Shown: piece after piece, positions 34,512-43,969 of the stretch | How positions within the stretch are numbered: position 1 is the stretch's first letter | Layout: every line of letters begins with the position of its first letter | Assembly (NCBI GenBank): GCA_036495485.1 | Contig: DASXMU010000193.1 | Location: 2,618-66,617 of the forward strand | Direction: 5' to 3' | Length of the DNA stretch: 64,000 bases | Origin: Streptosporangiaceae bacterium | Lineage (GTDB): Bacteria > Actinomycetota > Actinomycetes > Streptosporangiales > Streptosporangiaceae | Position numbers and translations under genes: made by a program | The notes under the pieces: generated by a model | Database searches by the model: none | Seen by the model: the letters and a program-made list of their open reading frames with translations, nothing else | What the model was told of the DNA's origin: nothing

Positions 34512-34622
34512 TCAGGGGAGGTCGAAAGCGAGCAGCAAGCCGGCTAGCAGCAGGACCACGGCGATGATGGCAAGGCCGATCACGGCGTTCCTGTCCAGTA
34601 CCTGCGCTGCCCGGCCGAACAT
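34512..34622 (-). CDS. Possible 36-aa single-TM micro-protein MFGRAAQVLDRNAVIGLAIIAVVLLLAGLLLAFDLP
   Basis: Hand-translated, below the track cutoff. GGGAGG lies ~8 nt upstream of ATG 34622. It has a hydrophobic core and high GC3. Confidence 0.4.
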   Translation of the reverse strand: MFGRAAQVLDRNAVIGLAIIAVVLLLAGLLLAFDLP

Positions 34623-34758
34623 CGGCAATAGCCTCCCTGGTACGCGAATCTACCTCAACGTAACCGGCCAGACACAGCGCGCGCCACCGAAACGGCGGAC
34701 ATCGCCAGCGGTTCCGGGAGCGGGGCGGCGGGAGGGTGCGGGACGGCGGTTCGGCCAC

Positions 34759-35808
34759 CTAGCCCGCCAGGTCGCGGACCTTCTCGATCAGGGCGACCCG
34801 CTCGGCGTGCGTGCCGGCCAGCGGGGTGACGTTCAGGGTGGTCACCCCGGACGCGCGGAAGGCGGCGATCCGGTCCCGCACGTAGCCCTCGGGCCCGATC
34901 AGCGTGATCCGCTCGACCAGCTCGTCCGGCACGTAGGAGGTGGCCTCGTCCTTGCGCCCGGCCAGGTAGGCGTCCTGGATCTTCTCCGCCTCGGAGCCGT
35001 AGCCGTACCGGGTCGCCAGGTTGAAGTAGAAGTTCGGGCCCTTGTCCCTGCGGGCGCCCATGCCGCCCACGTACAGCGCGATCATCGGCTTGATCAGGTC
35101 GATGTAGCCGGACACGTCGTCACCGATGGCGAGCGCGGTCTGCGCGTACACGTCCAGCGGCCCGAGCGCCGGGTCCCGCTTGGCCTGACCGGCGGCCAGC
35201 GACTCGCTCCACACCTCGCCCGCCTTCTCCGGCATGTAGAAGATGGGTTCCCAGCCCTCGGCCAGCTCGGCCGCGAGCTGCACGTTCTTGGGGCCGATGG
35301 CGGCGAGGATGACCGGGATGTGGTCGCGCACCGGGTGGTTGATCAGCTTGAGCGGCTTGCCGAGCCCGGTGCCCTGGTCCGCGGGCAGCGGGATCTGGTA
35401 GTGCCGGCCGTCGTACTCCAGCCGCTCGCGCGCCCAGACCTTGCGGCAGATCTCGATGATCTCGCGGGTCCGGCCGAGTGGCGCGTCATAGGGCACGCCG
35501 TGCCAGCCCTCGATGACCTGCGGCCCGGACGCGCCGATGCCCAGGCTGAACCTCCCGTTTGACACATAGTCCAGCCCGGCGGCGGTCATGGCGGTCAGCG
35601 CCGGGGTCCGGGAGTAGAGCTGCAGGATGCCCGACGCGATCTGCAGCCGCGTGGTCCTGGCCGCGATGAAGCCGAGCTGGCTCACCGCGTCGTAGCTGTA
35701 GGCCTCGGGCACGAAGACGATGTCCAGGCCGGCCTTCTCGTAGTCGGCCAGCTCCTCGACGGTCTCGGCGAAGCCGCCGGCATAGTTCAGGGACATCCCG
35801 ATGCGCAT
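34759..35808 (-). CDS. LLM-class F420-dependent oxidoreductase
   Basis: ATG 35808 (MRIGMSLNY..), with GGGAGGGTGG upstream. GRFSLGIGASGPQVIEGWHG. Confidence 0.9.
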   Translation of the reverse strand: MRIGMSLNYAGGFAETVEELADYEKAGLDIVFVPEAYSYDAVSQLGFIAARTTRLQIASGILQLYSRTPALTAMTAAGLDYVSNGRFSLGIGASGPQVIEGWHGVPYDAPLGRTREIIEICRKVWARERLEYDGRHYQIPLPADQGTGLGKPLKLINHPVRDHIPVILAAIGPKNVQLAAELAEGWEPIFYMPEKAGEVWSESLAAGQAKRDPALGPLDVYAQTALAIGDDVSGYIDLIKPMIALYVGGMGARRDKGPNFYFNLATRYGYGSEAEKIQDAYLAGRKDEATSYVPDELVERITLIGPEGYVRDRIAAFRASGVTTLNVTPLAGTHAERVALIEKVRDLAG

Positions 35809-35877
35809 AGCGCCACCCTCCCAGCGAAACCGCAACCCACCCAGGCCCGACGGGCCAAAAGCAGACCGAATGTCGTT

Positions 35878-36399
35878 CTAGTGAGAGTATCCGGCCCGCT
35901 CCAGCCGCGTCAGCCCAGCCATCACCTCGTCGCACACCGCCCTGGCCGGCCGTCCCCCGGTGGCGACGGTCAGCGTGGCCACGGCTTCATAGCCGGCCAG
36001 CCGCCGCCGGTAGATACCGGCCAGGTCGGGACTGGCGAGCATCGGCCGGCCGGAGTCGCCGCCGACCCGCCGCAGCGCCTCGTCGTAGCCGACCTCCAGG
36101 TAGACGACCGGCAAGACGGCACTGACCGGGCGCAGCAGCCGCTGCGAGGCCGGGTGCTCCACCGCGCCGCCCCCCAGCGCCAGCACCGCGTCCGGCCCGG
36201 CCAGGAACGAGGCGAGCGCCTCGTGTTCCACCGCGCGGAAGGCCGCCTCGCCGCCAGCGGCGAAGATGTCCCGCACCGGCCGGCCCTGCTGCCGCTCGAT
36301 CACCTGGTCGAGGTCCGCGAACGGCAGGCCGAGCCCGGCCGCGAGCAGCGGCCCCACGGTGGACTTACCGGCCCCCATGAAGCCGACAAGAACGATCAC
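35878..36399 (-). CDS. Second shikimate-kinase-like P-loop kinase, translationally coupled to aroQ
   Basis: GTG 36399 overlaps the aroQ stop (GTGA). IVLVGFMGAGKSTVGPLLAAGLGLPFADLDQVIE...IFAAGGEAAFRAVE. Confidence 0.8.
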   Translation of the reverse strand: MIVLVGFMGAGKSTVGPLLAAGLGLPFADLDQVIERQQGRPVRDIFAAGGEAAFRAVEHEALASFLAGPDAVLALGGGAVEHPASQRLLRPVSAVLPVVYLEVGYDEALRRVGGDSGRPMLASPDLAGIYRRRLAGYEAVATLTVATGGRPARAVCDEVMAGLTRLERAGYSH

Positions 36400-36884
36400 G
36401 GCCCGGCCTCAGCCGCGAAGGCTCCCCCGGCTGCTCCCGCGGCTGTGGCAACACCGGCCAGCTCCGCGATGGCCTGCAGCGCCAGCCGGTAGGAGGTCAG
36501 GCCAAAGCCGGCGACCGTCCCATCGGCCACCCCGGCCACCACCGACGTGTGCCGGAACCGCTCCCGCGCCGCCGGGTTGGAGATGTGCACCTCGACCAGC
36601 GGCGCCGTCCGCATCGACAGCGCATCCCGCAGTGCGTAGGAGTAGTGCGTGAACGCGGCGGGGTTGAGCACCACGGGAATCCGGCCGTCGGCGGCCTCAT
36701 GCACCCAGCGGATCAGCTCGGTCTCGTCGTCGGTCTGCCTGACCTCGACCTCCAGCCCGAGCTGGTGACCCGTCGCGCGGCACACCCCGGCCAGGTCGTC
36801 CAGGGTGGCCGACCCGTACACCTCGGGCTCGCGGATGCCAAGCCGCCCCAGGTTCGGCCCGTTCAGCACCAGCACCCGGGTCAT
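36396..36884 (-). CDS. aroQ: Type II 3-dehydroquinate dehydratase
   Basis: ATG 36884 overlaps the aroB stop (ATGA). VLVLNGPNLGRLG.REPEVYG...NPAAFTHYSYALRDA...EVHISN. Confidence 0.95.
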   Translation of the reverse strand: MTRVLVLNGPNLGRLGIREPEVYGSATLDDLAGVCRATGHQLGLEVEVRQTDDETELIRWVHEAADGRIPVVLNPAAFTHYSYALRDALSMRTAPLVEVHISNPAARERFRHTSVVAGVADGTVAGFGLTSYRLALQAIAELAGVATAAGAAGGAFAAEAGP

Positions 36885-37960
36885 GACGGGCACACCTCCT
36901 GGTAGGCCCGCTCGAGCAGTTCCTCGGCGGGGTCAGCGAAAATCCCCGGCCTGGCCAGGCCGTCCAGCACGACGAACCGCAGCCGGGCGCCGCGGGTCTT
37001 CTTGTCCACCGCCATCGCCGACCGCAGCCGCGGCCAGGCCGCGGCTCCCGCCAGGTAGGCCGTGGGCAGCCCGACCGACGTAAGCACGCTGCCGTGCCGC
37101 CGCGCCGTCGCCTCGTCCAGCCGGCCGGACATGCGGCCGAGCGCGGCAGCATAGATCATCCCGATGGACACCGCTTCGCCGTGCCGGAAGCCGAACTCCT
37201 CGGCCCGCTCGATCGCGTGCCCGAGCGTGTGGCCGTAGTTCAGGAACTCCCTGGGCCCCGCCTCGCGCAGATCCCCGGCCACCACGGTGGCCTTGACCCG
37301 CACCGCCCGCTCGACCAGTTCGACCGAGGAAACGCCATCGGGGCTGGCCGCCCCCGCCGGGTCCGCCTCGACCAGATCCAGGATCACCGGGTCGGCGATG
37401 AACCCGGCCTTGATCACCTCGGCCAGGCCGCTGACGTACTCCCGCCTGGGCAGCGTGCCGAGCGTGGCCAGGTCGGCCAGCACGCCCGCCGGTGAGTGGA
37501 ACGCGCCGACCAGGTTCTTGCCCTCCGCGATGTTGACCGCCGTCTTGCCGCCGATGGCCGCGTCCACCATGCCGAGCAGCGTGGTCGGCACCAGCACCAC
37601 CCGGATCCCGCGCAGCCAGCTCGCCGCGGCGAACCCGGCGAGGTCGCAGGCGGCACCGCCGCCGATCCCGACGATGCAGTCGGTGCGGCCGATCTTGTGC
37701 GCGGCCAGCCGCGACCACAGCCCCGCGGCCACCGTGAGATCCTTGGCCGCCTCGCCGTCCGGAATCGGCTCGGCATGCACCCGGCGCCAGGGCGCCGCCA
37801 GCTCACGGCAGACCCGGCCGGCCAGGTCAGCGAGCCCGGCCGCGTGGATCACCATGACCGCGCCGTCGCCCACCAGCGATGGCAGCTCGCTCAGCACACC
37901 GGCGCCGATGACGACGTCGTAGGGCCGCTCGCCACCCACGGTCACCCGAATCGCGCTCAC
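36881..37960 (-). CDS. aroB: 3-dehydroquinate synthase
   Basis: GIGGGAACDLAGFAAA, GGKTAVN, LNYGHTLGHAIE. GTGA overlap with the aroK stop. Confidence 0.95.
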   Translation of the reverse strand: MSAIRVTVGGERPYDVVIGAGVLSELPSLVGDGAVMVIHAAGLADLAGRVCRELAAPWRRVHAEPIPDGEAAKDLTVAAGLWSRLAAHKIGRTDCIVGIGGGAACDLAGFAAASWLRGIRVVLVPTTLLGMVDAAIGGKTAVNIAEGKNLVGAFHSPAGVLADLATLGTLPRREYVSGLAEVIKAGFIADPVILDLVEADPAGAASPDGVSSVELVERAVRVKATVVAGDLREAGPREFLNYGHTLGHAIERAEEFGFRHGEAVSIGMIYAAALGRMSGRLDEATARRHGSVLTSVGLPTAYLAGAAAWPRLRSAMAVDKKTRGARLRFVVLDGLARPGIFADPAEELLERAYQEVCPS

Positions 37961-38514
37961 CGCCCGTGCGTCTCGTGCCAGAGCTGCGCGGCCTGGGTCT
38001 GGGCCAGCAGGACCTTGTCCCTGACCTGCTGCGGGTCCAGGCCGTCGGTAGGAATAGTCACCACCGCGAGGCCCTCGTACAGCGGCCTGCGCTGCTCCAG
38101 CATGGCCCGCAGCATGCCGCGCGGGTTGCCCGGCACCGGCACCCGGGGCTTGTTCAGGCCCACCCGCTTGGCGACCTCGGCGAACCCGGTCTCCAGGTAG
38201 ATCACCCGGTGGCCGGCCAGCAGCCGCCGGGTCTGCTCGTCGAGCACCGCGCCACTGCCGAGGGCCACCACACCGTAGTAGCGCAGCGCGCGTTCGGCGA
38301 CCGGGCGCTCCAGCGCGCGGAACGCCGGTTCGCCGTCCTCGACGAAGATATCCCCGACCGCCTTGCCCGCCACCGACGCGACCTCGTCGTCGGTGTCCAG
38401 GAAGCCGGCGTTCAGCCGGCCGGCGACCATCGGGCCCACCGTCGACTTGCCGGAGCCCGGCGGCCCGATCAAGATCGCGACCGGCCGGGAGCCGACGGCG
38501 GTCTCGTCACTCAT
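37957..38514 (-). CDS. aroK: Shikimate kinase
   Basis: [47 protein letters not shown] overlap with the aroC stop. Confidence 0.95.
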   Translation of the reverse strand: MSDETAVGSRPVAILIGPPGSGKSTVGPMVAGRLNAGFLDTDDEVASVAGKAVGDIFVEDGEPAFRALERPVAERALRYYGVVALGSGAVLDEQTRRLLAGHRVIYLETGFAEVAKRVGLNKPRVPVPGNPRGMLRAMLEQRRPLYEGLAVVTIPTDGLDPQQVRDKVLLAQTQAAQLWHETHGR

Positions 38515-39692
38515 GTGATCACCAATGCGTCCAGGTAGCCGCGGATGTTCCGCCGGGTCTCCCCGATCGAGTCGCCGCCGAACTTCTCCACCACCGCGTC
38601 GGCGAGCACCAGCGCGACCATCGCCTCGGCGACCACTCCGGCCGCCGGGACCGCGGTGACGTCACTGCGCTGGTTGATCGCCCTGGCCGGTTCGCCGGTG
38701 CGCACGTCCACCGTGTCCAGCGCGCGCGGCACCGTGGAGATGGGCTTCATCGCCGCGCGCACCCGCAGCGGCTCGCCGGTGCTGATGCCGCCCTCGATCC
38801 CGCCAGCCCGGTTGGTCCGCCTGCGCACCTGGCCAGCCCCGGCCGGCTCGATCTCGTCGTGCGCCGCCGAGCCGCGCCTGGCCGCGGTCGTGAACCCGTC
38901 CCCGATCTCCACACCCTTGATCGCGTGGATGCTCATCAGCGCCCCGGCCAGCCTGCCGTCCAGCTTGCGGTCCCAGTGCACATGGCTGCCGAGCCCGGGC
39001 GGCAGGCTGAACACCGCCACCTCGACCACGCCGCCGAGCGTGTCGCCGTCCTTGCGTGCAGCGTCTATCTCGGCGACCATCTTTTCGCTGGTCACCGGGT
39101 CGAGGCAGCGCACCGGGTCGGCGTCGATCCGGCCGGAGTCCGCGGGCGCGGGCAACGTCCCGTAGTCCACGCCGACGCCGCCGATGGCGACGACGTGGCT
39201 GACCACCTCGGCGCCGAGCGCCTGGCGGAGGAACAGCCGGGCGACCTCACCCAGCGCGACCCTGGCCGCGGTCTCCCGGGCGCTGGCACGCTCCAGCACT
39301 GGCCGGGCGTCGTCATGGCCGTATTTCTGCATGCCGACCAGATCGGCATGGCCGGGCCTGGGCCTGGTCAGCGGCGCGGCCCTGGCCTGGGCGGCCAGCT
39401 GCTCCGCCGGCACAGGGTCGGCCGCCATCACCGTCTCCCACTTGGGCCATTCGGTGTTGCCGATCCTGATGGCCAGCGGCCCGCCGAGCGTGTGGCCGTG
39501 CCGGACCCCGGCGGTGAGCTCGACCTCGTCCTGCTCGAACTTCATCCGCGCGCCCCGGCCGTAACCGGCACGCCTGCGGGCGAGGGCGGCGGCCAGATCG
39601 GGTGTGCTCACCCGTACCCCGGCGGGCATGCCTTCGAGGACCGCGACGAGCGCGCGCCCGTGCGACTCCCCCGCGGTCAGCCAGCGCAGCAT
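38511..39692 (-). CDS. aroC: Chorismate synthase
   Basis: ATG 39692 ([25 protein letters not shown]). RPGHAD, GRSSARETA-like [10 protein letters not shown]. Confidence 0.95.
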   Translation of the reverse strand: MLRWLTAGESHGRALVAVLEGMPAGVRVSTPDLAAALARRRAGYGRGARMKFEQDEVELTAGVRHGHTLGGPLAIRIGNTEWPKWETVMAADPVPAEQLAAQARAAPLTRPRPGHADLVGMQKYGHDDARPVLERASARETAARVALGEVARLFLRQALGAEVVSHVVAIGGVGVDYGTLPAPADSGRIDADPVRCLDPVTSEKMVAEIDAARKDGDTLGGVVEVAVFSLPPGLGSHVHWDRKLDGRLAGALMSIHAIKGVEIGDGFTTAARRGSAAHDEIEPAGAGQVRRRTNRAGGIEGGISTGEPLRVRAAMKPISTVPRALDTVDVRTGEPARAINQRSDVTAVPAAGVVAEAMVALVLADAVVEKFGGDSIGETRRNIRGYLDALVIT

Positions 39693-39813
39693 GCAGCCGA
39701 TCCTCCCACGGCGGGCGGGCCACCCGTGCAATCCGGCCCCGCCAGCCGGATTCCCGCCCTGGGCAAAGCGGGGTTCGCCCTGCGCCAGAGCCCATCAGCC
39801 GATATGTTGCGAT

Positions 39814-40416
39814 ATGAGAGTCTCTGGACTGATCCGCGTCGGCCTGGAGAGGGGAAATGCCGTGACACAGGTCGGTCAGCAGCCAAGGCCCGTCGAACAG
39901 GCGGTGCCTTCGCCTGCGCAGTTCCCGCCCGGGGAAGGCGACGGGGTGGCCGCCGGGGAGAGACCCGGCGGGCCAGCCGGGCGCGGCGCGCCCGCGCGTA
40001 TCGAGCCCGGCACGCTGATGGAGAAGATGATCCCGGGCAACCTCGTCGAGCCCTACCTCACCGGTCAGCGTTCGGTGATCTCCGGCTACGCCTACCGCGC
40101 GGCAGACGCGGGGCAGGCAGGCCCGGCCTGGCCAGCCCCAGCGCTTGGTCAGCGCGGAAGCACGGACACCGGGGACGCGCCCGACTTCTGGGTGCTGCGC
40201 TGGCGGTCCCTGGAGATGCAGACCTACCTGGCTTCCCCGCCGTCACCCGGCCGCCCGCGCCGTCAGGCCACGCCGGGCCGTGCGGCGTCCGACCTGTTCG
40301 TCGAGCCCTGCCCGGTCCCGGTCGGCACCGAGATGTACCGGATCACCCCGGCCAGGGAAGAGTTCATCGCCCGGCACGACGGCCAGGCGTGGCTACGGCC
40401 GGCACCGGAGGCCTGA
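39814..40416 (+). CDS. Hypothetical protein
   Basis: ATG 39814, in frame with track ORF 39604..40416. No family recognised. Confidence 0.4.
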   Translation: MRVSGLIRVGLERGNAVTQVGQQPRPVEQAVPSPAQFPPGEGDGVAAGERPGGPAGRGAPARIEPGTLMEKMIPGNLVEPYLTGQRSVISGYAYRAADAGQAGPAWPAPALGQRGSTDTGDAPDFWVLRWRSLEMQTYLASPPSPGRPRRQATPGRAASDLFVEPCPVPVGTEMYRITPAREEFIARHDGQAWLRPAPEA

Positions 40417-40420
40417 GGCG

Positions 40421-41410
40421 ATGCGATACCGGCTGATGGCGACCTACCGCGGCGTGCCCTACGAGGCGGGCGTCGGCCCCACGGACTCCGATATCGTCCT
40501 GTTCGCCGCCTGCCCGCCCCCCGAGGACCTGGGGTTCCAGCCGGCCACGGGACATTGGCGCAAGCCGGTGAACCGGGCCGAGGTGGACGCCATGTGGGAG
40601 TCGCGCCCGTACGGGAGCTATCGCGGCGAGCCCTGCCTGGTGCTCGACGACCTGGGTGAGCAGTTGCACATCACCTACACCGGCGACGATCCGTCCCAGG
40701 CCGAGCGGCTCGGCTACTGCCAGATGGAGCCGGGCGTCTACGAGGTGCTGATCCCGCGCGAGGAAGTGACCGGCATCACCGAGGAGCGGGTGGAGCGCCC
40801 CTATCCAATCTCGACGGCACCCTGGCTGAACACCAGCACCCCGGCCCCCCCACCGCCCTGGTCGGCCTGGCCGGACGCCGACAGCAACGCAACCACCACC
40901 CCAGCCTGGCCGGACGCCGACAGCAACGGAGCCACCACCCCAGCCTGGCCAGCCACCCCAGACAACGGAGCCACCACCCCAGCCTGGCCAGCTGCCGCCG
41001 AAGAGGCACCAAGCCCAGCCACCCTCGGCAGCCCAGCTTCTGGCGCCGTGGCGACCGCCCTGGCCGCACCGGCTCAGGCACCGGCTTCCACTCCGGGTTC
41101 AGCGTCGCTGGTCCCGCCGTCCAGGGGCAGGCACGGCGGGGCGGGCGCCCGCCCGCAGACCCGGCAGACCTTCTCCGAACTCGTCGACCTCGCCGCGCTG
41201 CCGCAGGATTCCTACGCGGTGGACGAGGTGGTGGAGGGGGCTGTCTGCCTGGTCCGGACAGACAGCGGCTTCGAGGTGTTCACTGCTGCCGACAGCACCA
41301 GGCACGAGGTGCGCCTGTTCGCCGACGAGGAAGCGGCCTACTTCTACCTGTTCGGCCTGCTCGCGGCCGAGGCGGTGCGCGACGGCCGGCTGGCCCCGCC
41401 GAGCGGCTGA
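40421..41410 (+). CDS. Hypothetical protein with central WP(D/A)..N(G)ATTPAWP repeats
   Basis: ATG 40421 (MRYRLMATYRGVPYEAG..). The N- and C-terminal parts have coding-like composition. The repeat is WPDADSNATTTPAWPDADSNGATTPAWPATPDNGATTPAWP. Confidence 0.5.
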   Translation: MRYRLMATYRGVPYEAGVGPTDSDIVLFAACPPPEDLGFQPATGHWRKPVNRAEVDAMWESRPYGSYRGEPCLVLDDLGEQLHITYTGDDPSQAERLGYCQMEPGVYEVLIPREEVTGITEERVERPYPISTAPWLNTSTPAPPPPWSAWPDADSNATTTPAWPDADSNGATTPAWPATPDNGATTPAWPAAAEEAPSPATLGSPASGAVATALAAPAQAPASTPGSASLVPPSRGRHGGAGARPQTRQTFSELVDLAALPQDSYAVDEVVEGAVCLVRTDSGFEVFTAADSTRHEVRLFADEEAAYFYLFGLLAAEAVRDGRLAPPSG

Positions 41411-41516
41411 ACCCCGGGAGCAGCAAGTAACGGAAAGTAGCTGAGAATCCTGGGAAGTTACCTGTGGGTTCGTTAATTTTACACTCTTTTGCCCATCAGC
41501 CAGTTATCGTGCAGTT

Positions 41517-41562
41517 GCCGACGGGGCTGACGGTCCCCCGCTCCCCAAGCAGCCCCGTCGGC
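41517..41562. other. Perfect 13-bp inverted repeat in the intergenic region
   Basis: gccgacggggctg (41517-41529) / cagccccgtcggc (41550-41562), with a 20-nt loop. No clear U-tract. Confidence 0.5.
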
Positions 41563-41632
41563 TCAAAACGCTACAAAAGTGGCCAATCTGGCCGGTCCCG
41601 ACAAGGCCGGATCCGGCGGTAGCGTGGCGAGC

Positions 41633-42523
41633 ATGACGGCTGCTGCCACCAGTCCGCGAACACTGATTGTGACCGGTGCCGCAAGCATCGCCGTCCGCGA
41701 GCCACTCACAGGCCCGCGGCGCCCGGCCCGGGTAATAACCGCTAGCCCGGCTGCGGTCTACCTGGAACTCCCGGCCTCAGCCACCGAGCCGCGGGTGCTC
41801 GTGGTGGCGGCAGCCGGCACCTCCCGGCTGCCGAACGCCATCGCCGTCGCACCGGCCGGCCTGGACCGCTTCGTCGCGGCCAGCCCAGGCACCGTCGAGG
41901 GCTGGACCGGCCGGGGCGTCGTCCAGCTCGGCGAGCTCACCGTTCACGTGCAGCGCTGGTGGGATCCCTCACCCGTCCTCGGGCCACTGTCCCGTGCCCG
42001 GCTGGAGCAGGGTGCGGCCGCGCTGCACCGGGCCTGCGCGGCGGCGTCCCGCAGCCCGGCCCTGGCCGGCCATGACGCCCCCGCCGCGCTGGCCGCCTGC
42101 TGCTGCGCCGGTGACCTGGCCGGCGCCGTGGAGGCGGCCGAACGGATGGTCGGCCTCGGCCTCGGCCTCACTCCCAGCGGCGACAACATGATCAACGGGC
42201 TGCTGCTGGCGCTGCGGCTGCTCGGCGGCGCGATCTCCGGCGGGACCAGGGCGGTCTGGCTGGCCGACTGGCTCGGCGCGGCGGTCACCTCCGACGCCTC
42301 CAGGCGGACCACCTCGCTCGGCGCCACCCTGCTGCACTGCGCCGCCCGCGGCCAGGCCGCCGAGGAGGCGTCAGGCGTGCTGCGCGGCCTGGCCGGCCAG
42401 GAGCCGCTCGGCCCGGCCACCCGCAAGCTGCTCACCACCGGCCAGTCCCAGGGCGCCGACCTGGCCTGGGGCCTGGTGGCTGGCTGCCGCGCCGCCGTGA
42501 CCCTGGCCGGGCCGCCCCGCTAA
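41633..42523 (+). CDS. DUF2877-family protein
   Basis: GLGLGLTPSGDNMINGLLLAL resembles the GxGxGLTPxGDD motif of DUF2877. ATG 41633 is preferred. Confidence 0.55.
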   Translation: MTAAATSPRTLIVTGAASIAVREPLTGPRRPARVITASPAAVYLELPASATEPRVLVVAAAGTSRLPNAIAVAPAGLDRFVAASPGTVEGWTGRGVVQLGELTVHVQRWWDPSPVLGPLSRARLEQGAAALHRACAAASRSPALAGHDAPAALAACCCAGDLAGAVEAAERMVGLGLGLTPSGDNMINGLLLALRLLGGAISGGTRAVWLADWLGAAVTSDASRRTTSLGATLLHCAARGQAAEEASGVLRGLAGQEPLGPATRKLLTTGQSQGADLAWGLVAGCRAAVTLAGPPR

Positions 42524-42572
42524 CCCGCCGCCCCGGCTCCGCGCGCCCCGGCGGGTTCGGCACAATGACCGC

Positions 42573-43499
42573 ATGCCCATACCGCTCACCGGTACGCAAT
42601 ACGAGATCGCCGCGGGCGACTATTTCGCGGTCGTGACCGAGCTCGGCGCGGGCCTGCGCCAGCTGCACCACCGCGGCGAGCCGCTGGCCGCTGGTTACGA
42701 TGCCGCCGAGCTGCCGCCAGCCGCCGCGGGCGCACTGCTCGCCCCGTGGCCGAACCGGGTGGACCGGGGCAGGTACACCTTCGACGGCAGGCAGTTCCAG
42801 CTCGACCTCAGCGAGCCCGCCGCCGGCAACGCGATCCACGGCCTGACCCGGTGGGCGAACTGGCATCAGGCCCTCGCCGAGAGCGACCGCGTGCTGCTGC
42901 AGCTGGTGCTGCTCGGCCGCCCCGGCTACCCGTTCTGCCTGCTGCTCGAGGCGGACTACCGGCTGGATCCGGCCACCGGCCTGCACGTCCAGATAACCGC
43001 CCGCAACGAGGGCGCGGCCCCGGCCCCCTATGGCACCGGCTCACACCCGTACCTGACCACCGGGACACCGCACATCGACGAGTGCGAGCTGACCCTCCCG
43101 GTGTCCCAGTGGCTGCCGTCCGGCGAGCGCGGCATCCCGGCGGGGCCACCGCAGGACGTCGAGGGCACCCCGTTCGACTACCGCGCCCACCGCCTCATCG
43201 GCGGCACCCGGCTGGACAACGCCTTCACCGGCCTGGCCCGCGGCCAGGACGGCCTGGCCCGCGTCCGGCTGACCAGCCAGCAACGTGGCGCCAGCCTCTG
43301 GGTGGACGAGGGCTACCGCTGGCTGCAGGTCTTCACCGGCGACCCGCTGGATGAGCCCCATCGCCGGCGTGCGCTGGCGGTCGAGCCGATGACCTGCCCG
43401 CCCAATGCCTTCGTCACCGGCACCGACCTGCTCACCCTGGATCCCGGCGCCACTGCCCGCAGCTCCTGGGGAGTACAGGCCCTCCCCGGCCGCGCCTGA
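42573..43499 (+). CDS. Aldose 1-epimerase (galactose mutarotase-like) family protein
   Basis: LAPWPNRVDRGRYTFDGRQFQL..NAIHGL...GSHPYL...AVEPMTCPPNAF. Confidence 0.88.
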   Translation: MPIPLTGTQYEIAAGDYFAVVTELGAGLRQLHHRGEPLAAGYDAAELPPAAAGALLAPWPNRVDRGRYTFDGRQFQLDLSEPAAGNAIHGLTRWANWHQALAESDRVLLQLVLLGRPGYPFCLLLEADYRLDPATGLHVQITARNEGAAPAPYGTGSHPYLTTGTPHIDECELTLPVSQWLPSGERGIPAGPPQDVEGTPFDYRAHRLIGGTRLDNAFTGLARGQDGLARVRLTSQQRGASLWVDEGYRWLQVFTGDPLDEPHRRRALAVEPMTCPPNAFVTGTDLLTLDPGATARSSWGVQALPGRA

Positions 43500-43643
43500 G
43501 GTATCCATACATTTCTGGAGAAAGAAAGAAATCGCCCAACGGCCCATGAACCCAACCGCTCCCGTGCCCCCGCAAGGAGGCTGACCGTCCACTACGGACC
43601 CCGTCCGGTCCAGGGTGCCGGTATGGCTCATCGCCCCCGTGTT

Positions 43644-43916
43644 GTCGAAGTGCCATCGACCACCACCCAGTGATGTCGAAGTGCCATCGACACCACAGGC
43701 CACGCGGAGCCGGGCCGACTGGACACAGAACAGAACGACACCACCACCCAGTGACGTCAAAGTGCCACCGACCACCACCCAGTGACGTCGAAGTGCCACC
43801 GACCACCACCCAGTGATGTCAAAGTGCCACCGACCACCACCCAGTGACGTCGAAGTGCCACCGACACCACAGGCCACGCGGAGCCAGACGGGCTGGACGC
43901 AGAACATAGTGGCGCC
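43644..43916. repeat. Composite tandem array: contiguous 31-bp units plus a twice-repeated ~57-bp variant
   Basis: Units gtc[ga]aagtgcca[ct]cgaccaccacccagtga[ct] lie at 43644, 43757, 43788 and 43819. The long variant gtcgaagtgcca.cgacaccacaggccacgcggagcc...ctggac.cagaaca lies at 43675 and 43850. The whole array is bracketed by ccgcaagg[at]ggctgacc at 43570-43586 and 43918-43934. Confidence 0.9.
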
Positions 43917-43969
43917 TCCGCAAGGTGGCTGACCTGCGGCTATGGATCCTGACCGGGCCGGATCGTGGG

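Noticed and set aside
43644-43916. Could the 31-bp repeats be a CRISPR array?
   Set aside because: The units are directly contiguous, with no unique spacers. The only intervening sequence is itself duplicated. No cas genes or leader are nearby.
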